Origin: an uncultured bacterium | GTDB taxonomy: Bacteria > CSSED10-310 > CAZUFC01 | Length of the DNA stretch: 27,784 bases | Assembly: GCA_964619725.1 (NCBI GenBank) | Contig: CAZUFC010000106.1 | Span: forward strand, 1-27,784 | Direction: 5' to 3' | The notes under the pieces: model-generated | Seen by the model: the letters and a program-made list of their open reading frames with translations, nothing else | Database searches by the model: none | Told to the model about the DNA's origin: nothing | Shown here: piece after piece, positions 9,159 through 20,800 of the stretch | Position numbering within the stretch: position 1 is the stretch's first letter | Layout of the letters: each line of letters starts with the position of its first letter | Position numbers and translations under genes: made by a program

Positions 9159-11102
9159 TCACCTCAACGTAACGGATATTTTTATGATTCCTTGCCCCTG
9201 TTCCAACGGTTCCAGAGCTTTTCCTATGATGGTTCCCAGTTTTGGATTCCGTGCTTTCATGGCGTGTCCCGGCGTCTCTGAAGTCGTTAAAAGATCGCCG
9301 ACTTCTATGGCTCCGTATCCGGCGTCCACTTTACATTTTTCTATGGCGCCCAGAATGGCCACGTAGCAGCCTTTTTCCGGCGGTACTATGCTTCGGTCGA
9401 GTTTCGCCTCTTCGAGGGTTTCTCTGAGCGGGCCTACCAGTTTGGCTTTGTGGGCTCCGGCGGCTTCAGCTGCTTCTAACGTTTCGTAAGATTCCACTTC
9501 CAGGGAATAGGGAGTAATTTTCTTTCTTTTAATGACTACACCCATCACATTGGTATCGGCTTCAGAATCGCATTTTTTAACGATGGGGACAGGAATGGTC
9601 GCATACATCATTTGCTCTGTCGGATCACCTGAAAGAACGACGACATCGCCTGATTCCAGGGCATCTTTATCAGCGTTAAAGCATACGTCGGTCACCCAAC
9701 CGCTTTTTGAACCGCCGACGTCCAGGTCATAGGAGATCACGACATCGCCGTCGAAGTAACCGGCAATGCCTCCGTTCCAATGATCAGCAAGACCCCAGAC
9801 GCCTCTGCCGTTCAATGAAAGGCCGATAACTCCGTGATGATTGGAATACCCGCTTTTTCCTCCGCCGAATACTCCGGCATGATGAATCGCGCCCATCACT
9901 CCGTGATTGTCGCCGGCTATTCCGTAAACGCCGTAGTGATACCAGTCTTCCGTGTAGTTATTCGATATGCCTCGTACGCCGTGGCTGACGAATGTATCAG
10001 TCTGGTTATTCTGTACCGTGAAACCGGAATAATAAGCCGAGCCGGTCAATGTAGTTCCGAATACAATGTCGGCTCCATCCACCTCGCCCGCGTTATCATT
10101 CACGAACCGGCCGTCATAGGCGCTGCCGGAACTGTAGCTTGAATTCAACTGAACATAATCGCCGCTTACTTCGAGGCCTGTTCCCGTATTGACTTTCAAA
10201 TCCGAAGAGGCCGTTCCGAGTCCGTCGCCGGCGAACTCCGTAACGTCAACAGATACTGAATCAGCATGCACGTCAATGCCGTCTCCTTCCACAATGCTCA
10301 GATGCACTTCACCGGAAGTTTCGCCTCCTGCCAAACCGTTATCGGCATGAACGGCAGTTATGTCGCCGGCTACTACAGGCGACCAACTGCCTACTCCAGA
10401 CGAATTACACGTCAATACATAGCCGTTGTTCGCACCCGTGGTCATTTTGAAACCCGTCATCTGAACCGTGCCGGCCACATCCAGCATCTGCGCAGGATTG
10501 GCCGTCCCGATTCCTATTCTCCCGCTATTGGCTTTTAACTGGTTTGAACCTACCGTCAGACCGTTCGAAGGCAAATTTAACGCGCCCGTCATTGTATCGC
10601 CTGATTCGTTCACCCAGTCGTCCGTGCCCGATGCCATGAAATCAGAAGAGCTGTGTCCTTCCAGCTCATTGCTGTTCTGCGCTTTATAGGCAAATGAGCA
10701 TGAAGAGAGAGACTGATCGGGAGTCAACTGCTGCAAACCGTGACCCAGGCCGTCGTCGAACCATATCCTGAGATATAAATCCTCCTCCTCGAAAATGCTC
10801 GCCGGTATGTCCGCCATGCTGCCGCTGCGCCCCAAAATTACGTTGAACAACCCCTCTGTTACGGATAAACTCACGTCCGTGGTCGGAGGACTGACCGGCG
10901 GCGTATTGTCATCGTTAGACCAATAATAGTTCCCAACGCCGTCGACTATGGCGAATCGAAAATTCGCCGCGCCGGAAAAAACAGCGCCCTCAACCGTAAC
11001 TTGTCCCTGATAATTAATCATTTGCGGAACCGCATACGCCTGAAAAGAAATACTGAATAATGTCATCAGAACAATGCACACTGTCCGGGAATATTGTTTC
11101 AT
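9159..11102 (-). CDS. Secreted phage-tail-fibre-like protein with putative C-terminal intramolecular-chaperone (peptidase G2-like) domain
   Basis: 647 aa with an AAGGAGG RBS (11109-11115) and a signal peptide ending AYA. N-terminal VPQMINYQG...GLFNVILG...LYLRIWF domain, fibre-like motifs (GDTMTGAL, RIGIGTANPAQMLDVAG, GYVLTCNSSGVGSW, AGDGL/GTGL shaft repeats, GVxG repeats), and a C-terminal ESGDVVV...GVV...KVDAGYGAIEVGDLLTTS..PGHAMKA...IIGKALE domain. Confidence 0.7.
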   Translation of the reverse strand: MKQYSRTVCIVLMTLFSISFQAYAVPQMINYQGQVTVEGAVFSGAANFRFAIVDGVGNYYWSNDDNTPPVSPPTTDVSLSVTEGLFNVILGRSGSMADIPASIFEEEDLYLRIWFDDGLGHGLQQLTPDQSLSSCSFAYKAQNSNELEGHSSSDFMASGTDDWVNESGDTMTGALNLPSNGLTVGSNQLKANSGRIGIGTANPAQMLDVAGTVQMTGFKMTTGANNGYVLTCNSSGVGSWSPVVAGDITAVHADNGLAGGETSGEVHLSIVEGDGIDVHADSVSVDVTEFAGDGLGTASSDLKVNTGTGLEVSGDYVQLNSSYSSGSAYDGRFVNDNAGEVDGADIVFGTTLTGSAYYSGFTVQNNQTDTFVSHGVRGISNNYTEDWYHYGVYGIAGDNHGVMGAIHHAGVFGGGKSGYSNHHGVIGLSLNGRGVWGLADHWNGGIAGYFDGDVVISYDLDVGGSKSGWVTDVCFNADKDALESGDVVVLSGDPTEQMMYATIPVPIVKKCDSEADTNVMGVVIKRKKITPYSLEVESYETLEAAEAAGAHKAKLVGPLRETLEEAKLDRSIVPPEKGCYVAILGAIEKCKVDAGYGAIEVGDLLTTSETPGHAMKARNPKLGTIIGKALEPLEQGQGIIKISVTLR

Positions 11103-11517
11103 TCCCCTCCTCCTTTGAATCGTTTGTATGATTTTGAATTATTCCTTTGATCTTACGCGTTCATCAAAAAAACTGCCCGCGAGGTTAACCATTATTCCTT
11201 CTGCAAAAGCCTCCTTTCGAAAAAAAAAATGATCTTCAGCGAATACTCCCTCTTTTACCCCTTCAAAAATTTCTTCTTAACTCCATAATAATACATTTTT
11301 GTTTCTTTTCTCAATAGTGTAACTAAGAATTTCCTGAAAAAAAATGCAGCTCGACAGATTCACAGCGCTTTTTTTGCGCCTTCGCATGATAAAGGTCATT
11401 GTTGATGCAAAAGTTTAACGCTCTGCCGAAGGAAATATATTTTTCCAGATTATGAACCAGTCGAGCCCTTTCTTTGCATCAATTAAATCGGATAAAGCAT
11501 CAACGGAGAGGCTGACT

Positions 11518-14500
11518 TCATGCTTTATTACTGACTTTGAAGATTTCTTTGATAAGAACCAGTGAAAGTATTGCAAGAAGAATAGCGAGACCTGAAGAAC
11601 CTGTTGCAGGAATGACCGGCGGTGATGTGGGCGTAGGAGAAACGCAATTATCCAGGTAGAGCCATAAGTCCCAATATCCGCACTCTTCATAGGAGTCGAC
11701 GACGGCGTAGTAGTATCCCGGCGTAAGTCCGGGGACGGTGAGAGTTTCACCCAGTCCCGGTCCGTTCGCATCAGCATAGGCGATGCAGTTTTCCGGTTCC
11801 GGACCGTCCAGAAGGAGCAGTATGGGGTCGTATAAACCGGGGTCGACGTTAGTCATGCTGATGGTGACGTCGCAATGTTCCCAGAGTAAAAACATGGTAG
11901 CCATATCGTCTCCTGCCAGTCCAGAGACGCCGCATGCGTAGTCTTCAAAGTCGTTGCTTTCGCCGCAGTTCGTCTGTGGTATAGGCGTTCCGGTAGGGAT
12001 GGAAGTCTGTGTAGGCGTAAATGTGTATGTGGGCGTTATTGTGGGAGTATTCGTAGGCCCTGTGGGAGTAAAAGTAGGCGTGCGAGTGGGAGTACGCGTA
12101 TGGTATGTCGGCGATAAAGTTGGCGTGTTGGTGGGTCCTGTTGGTGTTTTCGTCGGGGACCTGGTGGGAGTGCGGGTCGGGGCGGTCGGGGAGAATGTAG
12201 GAGTTCTGGTCGGTGTTCCTGTAGGACCTGTGGGCGTTTTCGTGGACGAAAAGGTAGGCGTAAGCGTGGGCCCTGTGGCGGTTGCCGTGGGTGAAACTGT
12301 GGGAGTATACGTGGGTCCTGTAGGAGTGTCAGTCGGAACAGCGGTCGGGGTCCTGGTGACGGTCGGCGAAAAAGTTCTTGTCGGAGACTGTGTTGGCGTC
12401 CTGGTGCCGCAATCGTCGAATTGAATGAACAAATCCCAGTATCCGCATTCTTCGTAGGAATCCACGACGGCGTAATAGTAGCCGGGTTCGAGAGAAATAA
12501 CGGTAATGCTTTCTCCCTGTCCGGCTCCGTTATCGTCAGCGTAGGTGAAGCAGTGTTGGGGTCCCGGTCCGTCCCATAACAGCAATATGGGATCGTATTC
12601 TGCCGGAGTCACGTTATCGATGGAAACAGTAACGTCGCAGAATTCATAAACCATGAAAAAAGTTGATATGTCGTCTCCGGCCAGTCCGCTGATTCCGCAT
12701 CCGTAGTTTTCCCAATCATTGCTGAAACCGCAATTGGATTGAGGAATAGGCGTTTCGGTAGGCGCGGGCGACGGTGTAGGCGATATGGTGGGAGTAGGAG
12801 AAATCGTCACAGTAGGAGACAATGTGGGGGTAGAGGAAAGAGTGGGCGTCAGGGTAACGGTAGAAGTGGGGGAGAGAGTAGGAGTAGGAGAAACGGTGGG
12901 AGTCAATGTAACGGTAGGGGTGGAGGAAAGAGTCGGCGTTGCGGAAAGCGTCGGCGATGGTGAGAGGGTAGGCGTGCCTGTATAAGTGGGAGTATATGTG
13001 GGTGTCCAGGTTGGAGTAAAAGTCGGAGTGCTGGTGACTGTCGGCGTATTGGTGACTGTGGGCGACAACGTTACGGTGGGGGTCAGCGTTGAAGTTCGCG
13101 TCGGCGCGGGGGTGAATGTCGACGTCTGGGTCGGGCTCAATGTCGGCGTTCGCGTGGGCGGCGGCGTGGGAGAATTGGTCGGCGTAAAAGTCCTGGTCGG
13201 CGAATTGGTTGCTGTCGGAGTTCTGGTCGGAAGAGGAGAAGGCGTATCGGTGTAGCATGGATCGATGACGAACTCAGCGCCGTCGACCTGTCCCGTCAAA
13301 TCGCCGCTCAGGGACCTGAATCCGACGAACCCCTCTGCAAACTCCACTGCCGTATCACCCAGGATCGCATTCGCTTTTACCTGCATCAAGACCGCGTAAA
13401 CCTGGTTGTCCCCGTCGCTGACAGTCCAACCGGGGTTGGGCGGGTTAGCGGACTTGGCATAATGATACCCGTCAGGATGGTCCGGCCATTCGCTGCCCAG
13501 GGATTCATCCTCCATATCCGTATCCGGCACGTAATCCGTCATTAATACGGGATCGCTGAAAACCAGCGGATCATAAATGAAAGCTGCATCTATCCCGTCC
13601 AGCGTCGCTTCGCTGATGTTCGGATCAAAAACTATCGTCAATTCAAAAACCGTGTCTCTGCATAAATTGCCGGACGCAGGCTCGAAAAACACATGCCCCG
13701 AAGCTAAAGGCGTTTCCGTTGGAGTAGCCGTGTAAGCTGTTGGAGTTAAAGTGGGTACAGCCTGTATGGTAAATTCTGCGTTTTCTATGCTGCTGAGGAT
13801 GTCGCCTTTTGAAGTGGAAAAACCGATGAATCCGTCTACGAAATCCAGGGTCGTTACGCCCGGAGGAGCATCGTCGCGAATCGGAAAAGTCAAGGAGTAT
13901 ACGTTGTTGTCTCCGTCTGAGGTCGTCCAGCCGTTCAGTCCTGAGGATTTGACGCGGGCATAATGATAGGCGTCAGGGTCTGTGGGCCAGGCATTTCCCT
14001 GCGATACGTCCAGCAAATCCGTTTCGGGAATGAAATCCTGGACGAGTTCAGGATCGTCGAATACGGCGGAATCGAAATGAAGAGCGGCGTCAACTCCCAC
14101 GATCTCAACTTCCGTTGCGTTGGGATCGAATATAATCGTCACAGTAACATTATCACCCTGCTGATAAGTTCCGGATGCAGGACTGATGATTACTGAAGCC
14201 GGTCCCGGAGTGGGAGCGGGCGAGGGGGTCGAAGTGGGCGGCAGAATGATGTCGAATGAAGCATCATCAACCGTACCGGTAACGTCTCCCGAAGCATCCT
14301 GAAAACTGATGAACCCTTCAACGAAGGAGATCGTCGTATTTCCTAGAGTAGCATCATCTCTTACCGTAAATTGCAATCGATACACATCGTTGTCTCCGGC
14401 AGCCGCAGGCCATCCGGACTTGGGGGGATTGGCCGTTTTCGAATAGTGATGACCATCCGGGAATCCCGGCCAGGCATTTCCCAGCGACACATCATCCATG

Positions 14501-14811
14501 TCTGCAACCGGAATGAAATCATTATCCATTACCGGGTCTTCAAAAACCGACCCGTCGAACTGAACGCAGGCGTCTAAAGCCGTAATAGTCGTTCCTTCCG
14601 AAGAATTATACTTTACGGTGACTGTAAAAGCTTCTCCCCTTGCCAGGTCCCCTGAAGCGGGATACAGCTCAACGTCCGCTGAAACTCCCATTGGAAAAAC
14701 GATCAACAGGAGCAGTAACCAGTTTACCGCCGGCAATCGTGTCACCGATATCTTTTCCGGAATGAGGGCTCGATCCGTTCCCGGAGGGAGCTTAAACCCT
14801 GTATTTTTCAT
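11518..14811 (-). CDS. Scaffoldin-like surface protein: 3 cohesin-like domains, 2 Cys-rich PPC-like domains, long Pro/Thr linkers, IPTL-CTERM-like anchor
   Basis: 1097 aa with a GGAGG RBS (14821-14825), starting 18 bp after the upstream stop. Signal peptide ends VSA. Three ~145-aa homologous beta-domains (14676-14245, 14199-13762, 13698-13261) show a cohesin-type pattern (G..[FV]TVT...D A.[VLF].[FY]D..VF ... Y.L.F.[VI][RK].DA..G.T.[IL].F). Two ~115-aa repeats lie at 12750-12406 and 11985-11641. C-terminus is IPATGSSG + hydrophobic helix + Lys residues. Confidence 0.8.
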   Translation of the reverse strand: MKNTGFKLPPGTDRALIPEKISVTRLPAVNWLLLLLIVFPMGVSADVELYPASGDLARGEAFTVTVKYNSSEGTTITALDACVQFDGSVFEDPVMDNDFIPVADMDDVSLGNAWPGFPDGHHYSKTANPPKSGWPAAAGDNDVYRLQFTVRDDATLGNTTISFVEGFISFQDASGDVTGTVDDASFDIILPPTSTPSPAPTPGPASVIISPASGTYQQGDNVTVTIIFDPNATEVEIVGVDAALHFDSAVFDDPELVQDFIPETDLLDVSQGNAWPTDPDAYHYARVKSSGLNGWTTSDGDNNVYSLTFPIRDDAPPGVTTLDFVDGFIGFSTSKGDILSSIENAEFTIQAVPTLTPTAYTATPTETPLASGHVFFEPASGNLCRDTVFELTIVFDPNISEATLDGIDAAFIYDPLVFSDPVLMTDYVPDTDMEDESLGSEWPDHPDGYHYAKSANPPNPGWTVSDGDNQVYAVLMQVKANAILGDTAVEFAEGFVGFRSLSGDLTGQVDGAEFVIDPCYTDTPSPLPTRTPTATNSPTRTFTPTNSPTPPPTRTPTLSPTQTSTFTPAPTRTSTLTPTVTLSPTVTNTPTVTSTPTFTPTWTPTYTPTYTGTPTLSPSPTLSATPTLSSTPTVTLTPTVSPTPTLSPTSTVTLTPTLSSTPTLSPTVTISPTPTISPTPSPAPTETPIPQSNCGFSNDWENYGCGISGLAGDDISTFFMVYEFCDVTVSIDNVTPAEYDPILLLWDGPGPQHCFTYADDNGAGQGESITVISLEPGYYYAVVDSYEECGYWDLFIQFDDCGTRTPTQSPTRTFSPTVTRTPTAVPTDTPTGPTYTPTVSPTATATGPTLTPTFSSTKTPTGPTGTPTRTPTFSPTAPTRTPTRSPTKTPTGPTNTPTLSPTYHTRTPTRTPTFTPTGPTNTPTITPTYTFTPTQTSIPTGTPIPQTNCGESNDFEDYACGVSGLAGDDMATMFLLWEHCDVTISMTNVDPGLYDPILLLLDGPEPENCIAYADANGPGLGETLTVPGLTPGYYYAVVDSYEECGYWDLWLYLDNCVSPTPTSPPVIPATGSSGLAILLAILSLVLIKEIFKVSNKA

Positions 14812-14829
14812 TTTCGCTCGCCTCCCTGC

Positions 14830-17800
14830 TTAATTAGCGGATTCAATTGAACCGGATTTCGTCTCAAAAATATCGCCTTTCAAACTAACTGTCGTTTCGA
14901 CATCAACAACCGACTCTTCTTCGTCAGAGGATTCAAAAGCGGCTCCGACAAAACCTTCCCTGAACCAGATCAGCGAGTCCATGGAGGGAACAGAATCGGA
15001 ATGCAGCGTTGCTTTAATGGGAAACCTTAAACGATATAATGCATTTCTGCCTTCTTTCAATTCGACGCCTGTTTGTCCCGGCATTTTACCGCGACAATAA
15101 TGAAAAGTGTCGGCAAGTTCAGGAGCTTCAACACCCAGCGAGAAATCGGTCATGCCGCTGTTGAGGAAATCCGCTGTGATAACGGGTTTGTCCAGATATA
15201 CAGAATTGTAGGCCAGCGCGGCATCGATGGCCTCCAGAATTTCCCGTGCTTTTCCTGTCAAAAAGACTTCAACCTCAGCATAGGATTCATTATCTTCGCC
15301 TACTTTCACCATTCTGTAACCGAAACGAGCCGCCGGGTCATCATTCCTGGGCTGGTTCCCTGATCGAGCCGCATCAGGCACATAGGAAATCCGGCCGTTC
15401 TGATTCAACCATTCCGAATAATCGGCTGAATTTACAGCTTCATCAGCGTTGAAGTCCGCTCTTTCATCCCAGTTTCCTGAACCGGGAACGCTGCCGTTTG
15501 CCGCGAGCCAGATAACGAAATCTCCGGATGCGTTGACGTAAGCATCGCCGTTCGCATTGCCGCCCCTCGCAGAAATCGTATCATCCGGTTCCTCTCCCAA
15601 CGGTTCTATTCCATAACAGGAGACGAAATTCGGATCATCCGGTTCGGACAGATTTATGATCGTCGTTGAAGAATAAGCGACGGTCAAGGGCGTATCAGTA
15701 ATTACGGACAGGTGATTCATATGACTTACCGCCAGATAAAGATCACCGCCGGGACAACCAGGCAGTTCAATATCGCCCGTTCCTCCATACTCGTCCAAAG
15801 CGACCTCTTCGTATGAAGCCAGAACCGTTGTCGCAGTATCCGGCGTGCTTCCGTACCGAAGCTCCAGGTCGATGTCCGTAGTTTCCTGAACGCCGCTGCC
15901 GTAATAACCGTCCAGATAAAGCGTCAAATTTATCATCGGCGCTCCGGCGAATTCGTCCGCTCCCATATCGTAGTCGGTATCCTGAGGCCTTGAATTGCCG
16001 TCGTAATCTTCCAGCAACGTATCCGGCTCCGCTGCATTCAAAGCCGTGCCTATACAAGGCGATGTTTCCATTAAATGAAAATCGCCCTGACCCACGAATT
16101 CCGGATCAGCGGAAATGTTCCCTTCACCCGCATCGCCGTCCTCGATGTTCGAATATGTCGCTGTCACACCGCTTAAATCATCTCCGTTGTTCCAGAGGAT
16201 GCAGTTGAGTATTTCCAGCGTGCCTGAATCCTTATAAATGCCGTAACTGCCGTTATTGGCCAAAGTATTGTTGACGAATTGGACTTCAAGACCGCCTGTC
16301 GCCCAGTATATGCCCTGACCTGAGTTGTTGGTAATAAAGTTGTTGGTTATTATGATCGTATCGTCCGAACTGCTGTATATTGCATCACCGCCCGACCAGG
16401 TATTAGGACTTGCCGTCGCATTGTTGCCGTCTATCCGCAATCTGTCCAGCGTCAACGAAGAAACGTCGTCGTCAATGAAGATGCCGCCGCCATAAGCCCG
16501 GGCATCCTGACTCGAATTGCCGGCGGCATTAGCCGTCGCCGTATTACTCTGGATCAGAGTGTTCTCATGTATTGTCGTATTTGTCTGGTCATTGATGTAA
16601 ATTGCTCCGCCGTAAGAACGGCCGTAACCGCGGCCGTGATACGCCGTATCCCTGCCGTAAGAATAAGCCGTATTGTTCTCTATCGTGCAATGACTGATCG
16701 TGGTTGTCCCTTCCTGTGAGCCGCAGTACAAGGCGCCTCCATACGAATAACCGTACCCGCGATCGTCTGAGCTGCCGTTCTGCCCTCTGGCGTAAGACCA
16801 GTTTTCCGTGAAATGGTTGTATGTGATGGTCGGACCGCTCGTCGTATCCGTGAAAACAGCGCCGCCGTATCCGTAAGCCTGCACATATCCATTGTAAGAT
16901 TGAGAACAATAAACCCTGGCCTGGTTGGCTTCAAAGATATTGCCGGTTACGTACGATTGACCCTGTAAATACAGAGCGCCGCCGGCGCCGCTGGAACCTC
17001 TGCCCGTCGTATATGCCCAGTTTTCCGTAAACATATTGTCTATGATCTGAGGTGAAGCATGCTGATTACAGAAAATTGCGCCGCCTGCAGCAGCTCCTCC
17101 CGTCCAGGCGTTGGTTGCCAGATTTGAGTCAAACGTGCAACCCGAGATGACTGTCGTTTCGTCTAAATTGAAGCAGCTTATCGCCCCGGCGGCATACGAT
17201 GATGAGTTTCCATGGAAGATAGAATCTTCTACGGTAACGACAGCGCTTGATTCCAGATGCATGCCGGCTCCGTACCCCGTAGATGAGCCTACGACCGTGT
17301 TGTCCAGGAACAGGCTGTTGATGACCCAGACGTCAAAGCAGTTGCCGAAATAAACGCCGGCTCCTCGGGGGTATTCGCCTGTGCTTCCCGTTGTGTTGCT
17401 GTCGAAAACGCAGTTCTTGACGGCTATATGTTCGCCGAATTCGCAGTAAATGCCGGCGCCGGCATTCTGCTCGCCATGCTTTATGGTGAATCCGTCAATC
17501 GTTATATTCGATGCCCCGTTTATCATAATGACTGAATTGCGATGACCGCCGTCTATTATCGTAACGTTGGCATCGAAATTCCTTCCGCCGCCGCCGACCG
17601 GATAACCGCCCATCAGCGTAACATCGTCGTAAAGCTCAAAGTTCTCATGATAAACCGCCTTTGCCACATGCACTGCCGTGTTGCCGGAAGCCGATACCAG
17701 GGCTGCGCTGATGCTCTTTTTAGCCGTCGTCCAAGTGAGTCCGTCATTAGAATCGTCGCCGTTGACCTTATCGACGTAATAATGATCAGCAGGAGTCGGA

Positions 17801-20800
17801 GAATATGTGCCGACGGGCGTCGGCGTGGCAGGCGTGATGCTGGGACCGGGCGTCGGATTGACGCTCTGGGTTTCATCAGCTCCGATATCGACGACTAAAT
17901 CGTTGTAAGGCCTGGCTTCGCCGTCGAAATCGATGTCCGGCGCCAGAGTGTTCAATCCCCGGTCGATACAGCAGGAATTCGGCCTTATGTGATAGTCGCC
18001 TTCGCCGATGAACAGAGGATTACAGGGCGGGTCAAGGTTTCCTTCACCGGCATCGCCGGCCTGTACATTGCTGTAAGAAGCAGTCACCGCTTCCAGATCG
18101 TCATAGTTGCCCCATAATATGCAATTGCGAATTATCGGAGCAGCGCCTTCCGTGCCTTGTATGCCGTAACCATCATTATAGGCTATGGTGTCGTTGATGA
18201 TTTCCGGGGCCCCTCCATAAAGATATATGCCGGTTGAAGGATGCTCCACAACGAACGAATTGTATACTTTAGCCGGAGACTCCTGAACGTATATGCCGTA
18301 ACCAGCGGATACGTTGTTGGGCGAAGCGCTGAGGTTGTTGTTGCGCACTAGAACGCCGTTCAATTCAACATCGCCGGCCGGACCGTAAATGTGAATACCG
18401 CCGCCTCGCGCATATGAGGCTTCTCCTGAATTACCTGCGCCTGCAGCCTGAGCCAGGCAGTTCTCTATGATCATACCGCCTCCGAATGTCGCGACGGCTT
18501 CGTCATCGCACTTGATTCCCCCGCCGTATGCATATCCGTACCCTCGCCCATGGTAAGCCGTATCCGAACCGTAACCGTATGCCGTGCTGTTTTTGATGGT
18601 ATCTCCCATCATTACTACGGCGCTTCCGGCTGCACAGTATATGCATCCGCCGTGCCCGTAGGCATAAGCCCGTTGATCAGAGCTGCCGTTTGCAGCGCGG
18701 CTGTATGCGGTGTTTCCGTCGAAAATGTTCCCTTCTGATTCAGCGGCGCATCCTTCGCTGAAATAGATGCCGCCGCCGAAAGCATACTCGTAAAGGTAAG
18801 CGCCGTAACCGCCGCTGTAATAATTGTAAGCCCAGTTGTCTGTAATCTCGTTGCCGACAAGAGTCAGCTCTCCTTCGCAGAATATCGCTCCGCCCATAAC
18901 CGTTTTGCCCGAATATCCCTCAATGCGCGCCTGGTTGCTTTTAATCTCATTGTTCTCCAGGAAAGCCCGTCCTTCCGGCGCTATATATAATGCTCCTCCT
19001 CTGCTCGCGCTCCCGATGCTCCGGTTATTCTCAATCAAGTTTCCTTTTATGCTTGCTGCCGATTCCGAACAGGCTATGCCCAATCCGCCGCCGGCATAAC
19101 CCGACGTGTTATAGCTGATGGTATTGCCCGTTATCGACAAATCATAACCCGAACTGCAATAAACGCCTCCTCCATAAGCTCCTCCGCCGTAAGCGACGTT
19201 GAAGGAAATTTCATTGTTTGCTACGTCCAGATTTACTCCTTCAAGATAGATGCCCGCGCCCAGGGCGAGGTTCTTCGAACCAGGGTCCCCGTAACATGCG
19301 TTGGTTGTTATAATGTTGCCGGATATTTTAACGTCTGAAGAACGGCTGACATGAATGCCGCCGCTGTATTCGCCTTCGCCGTTCGTGATCATGAATCCGT
19401 CTATTTCCACGTTCGTCATGCCGGCTATGGTTATAACGACATCCTGCAAACCGCCGTCGATGACTGTTAAATAAGCGTCGGGGTCTCTTGAACCGCCGCC
19501 GGCAGGGTATCCCCCTAAAAGCGAAAGATCGTCGGAGCCTATCAGGTTCTCATAATAAACGTCAGAAGCCACATGCACATTTCCTCCGCCATAGGTCGAA
19601 GCCAGTTCAATGGCGGCTGATATGCTCGCCTTGGCCGTTTCCCAGGTCAAACCGTCGTTCGCATCATTCCCGTAAACGCCGTCAACGTAAAAATCCATGG
19701 CAGGAGTAGGACTCGGACCAGGCGTAGCCGTCCCTGCAGGCGTCACGTAAGCCGTCGGAGTCGCATTGACTCCCTGAACCTCATCCGCTCCAATATCCGG
19801 GATGCCGGCATTGTAAGGCCTTGAGTCGCCGTCCAGATCATGGTCTCTTATGCCATCGTAACTGCCCCTGTCCACACAGCAGGAATAACCGGAAATATGA
19901 TAATCTCCGCCGCCAAGAAACAACGGATCGCATGGAGGATTCAAGTTCCCCTCGCCCGAATCGCCGCCCTGAATATTGCTGTATGTCGCGCTTACCGCTT
20001 CCAGATCATCCGTATTAGCCCACAAGATGCAATTACGTATGATCGGCGCGCTGCCTCCGACGCCCTGGATGCCGTAACCATCGTTGTATACTATCGTATC
20101 GTTGATGATGATCGGATCACATTCGTTCAGATATATACCCGTACCGGGATGCTCGGCCGTTATCGAATTGTATAAGTGCACCTGCGCGGCGTTGATGTAT
20201 ATCCCATACCCGTAAAGCTGACTTGCCGGCGAAGCGCTTATTGAATTGCCCCGCACGATTATTCCATCCAGGTCTATCTCTGCGCCCGCTCCGCTTATAT
20301 AAATGCCGCCGCCCCTTGCATAGGAGCCGCGTGAACTGTTCCCCGCGCTCGAACACTGACAGATGTTCTCTTCAATCGCGGTTTTGCCGTTAATGAATAC
20401 GGAGGAGAGATCGCAGCAGTAAACGCCGCCGCCGTACGCGTAAGCATAACCGCGGCCGTGATAGGCCGTATCCTGACCGTAAGCATACGCCGTGTTGCCT
20501 GAAATCGTTCCTGCCGTGACAGTCACAGCGCTCCCGCCTTCACAGAACAGGCCGCCCCCGTAACCGTAACCGTATCCGCGTTCATCCGAACTGCCGTTGC
20601 GGGCATCACCCTTAGCCAAATTGGACTGGAAAACGTCATCGACTGAATTTACGGTGCAGCCGTCGACCGCGTACAATCCTCCGCCGTAAGCATATTCGTA
20701 TAGATATGCGCCGTATCCTCCGCTGTAATAACTGTAACATACATTTTCGGAAATGACGTTTTCGTTCGACGTCAACGAACCTTCGCAGTAAATCCCACCG

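Noticed and set aside
8686-9281. Small ORFs over the intergenic element (8686-8988, 8705-8953, 8964-9281; likewise 27038-27490)
   Set aside because: Their translations reflect the heptamer repeats, they lack an RBS or recognisable domain, and the reading frame is not conserved between the two element copies.
9159-11102. Prophage or tailocin interpretation of the fibre-like gene
   Set aside because: It has a Sec signal peptide, and no capsid, tail, baseplate, lysis or integrase genes are in the window.
11415-11777. 120-aa alternative-frame ORF overlapping the scaffoldin 3' end, and 6533-6893 plus-strand ORFs
   Set aside because: No RBS or domain signal, and composition is inconsistent with the real genes. 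They are likely spurious.
11954-13255. Plus-strand Val/Gly-rich ORFs (11954-12424, 12785-12985, 12986-13255; also 828-1022)
   Set aside because: They are antisense shadows of Pro/Thr linker codons in real minus-strand genes.
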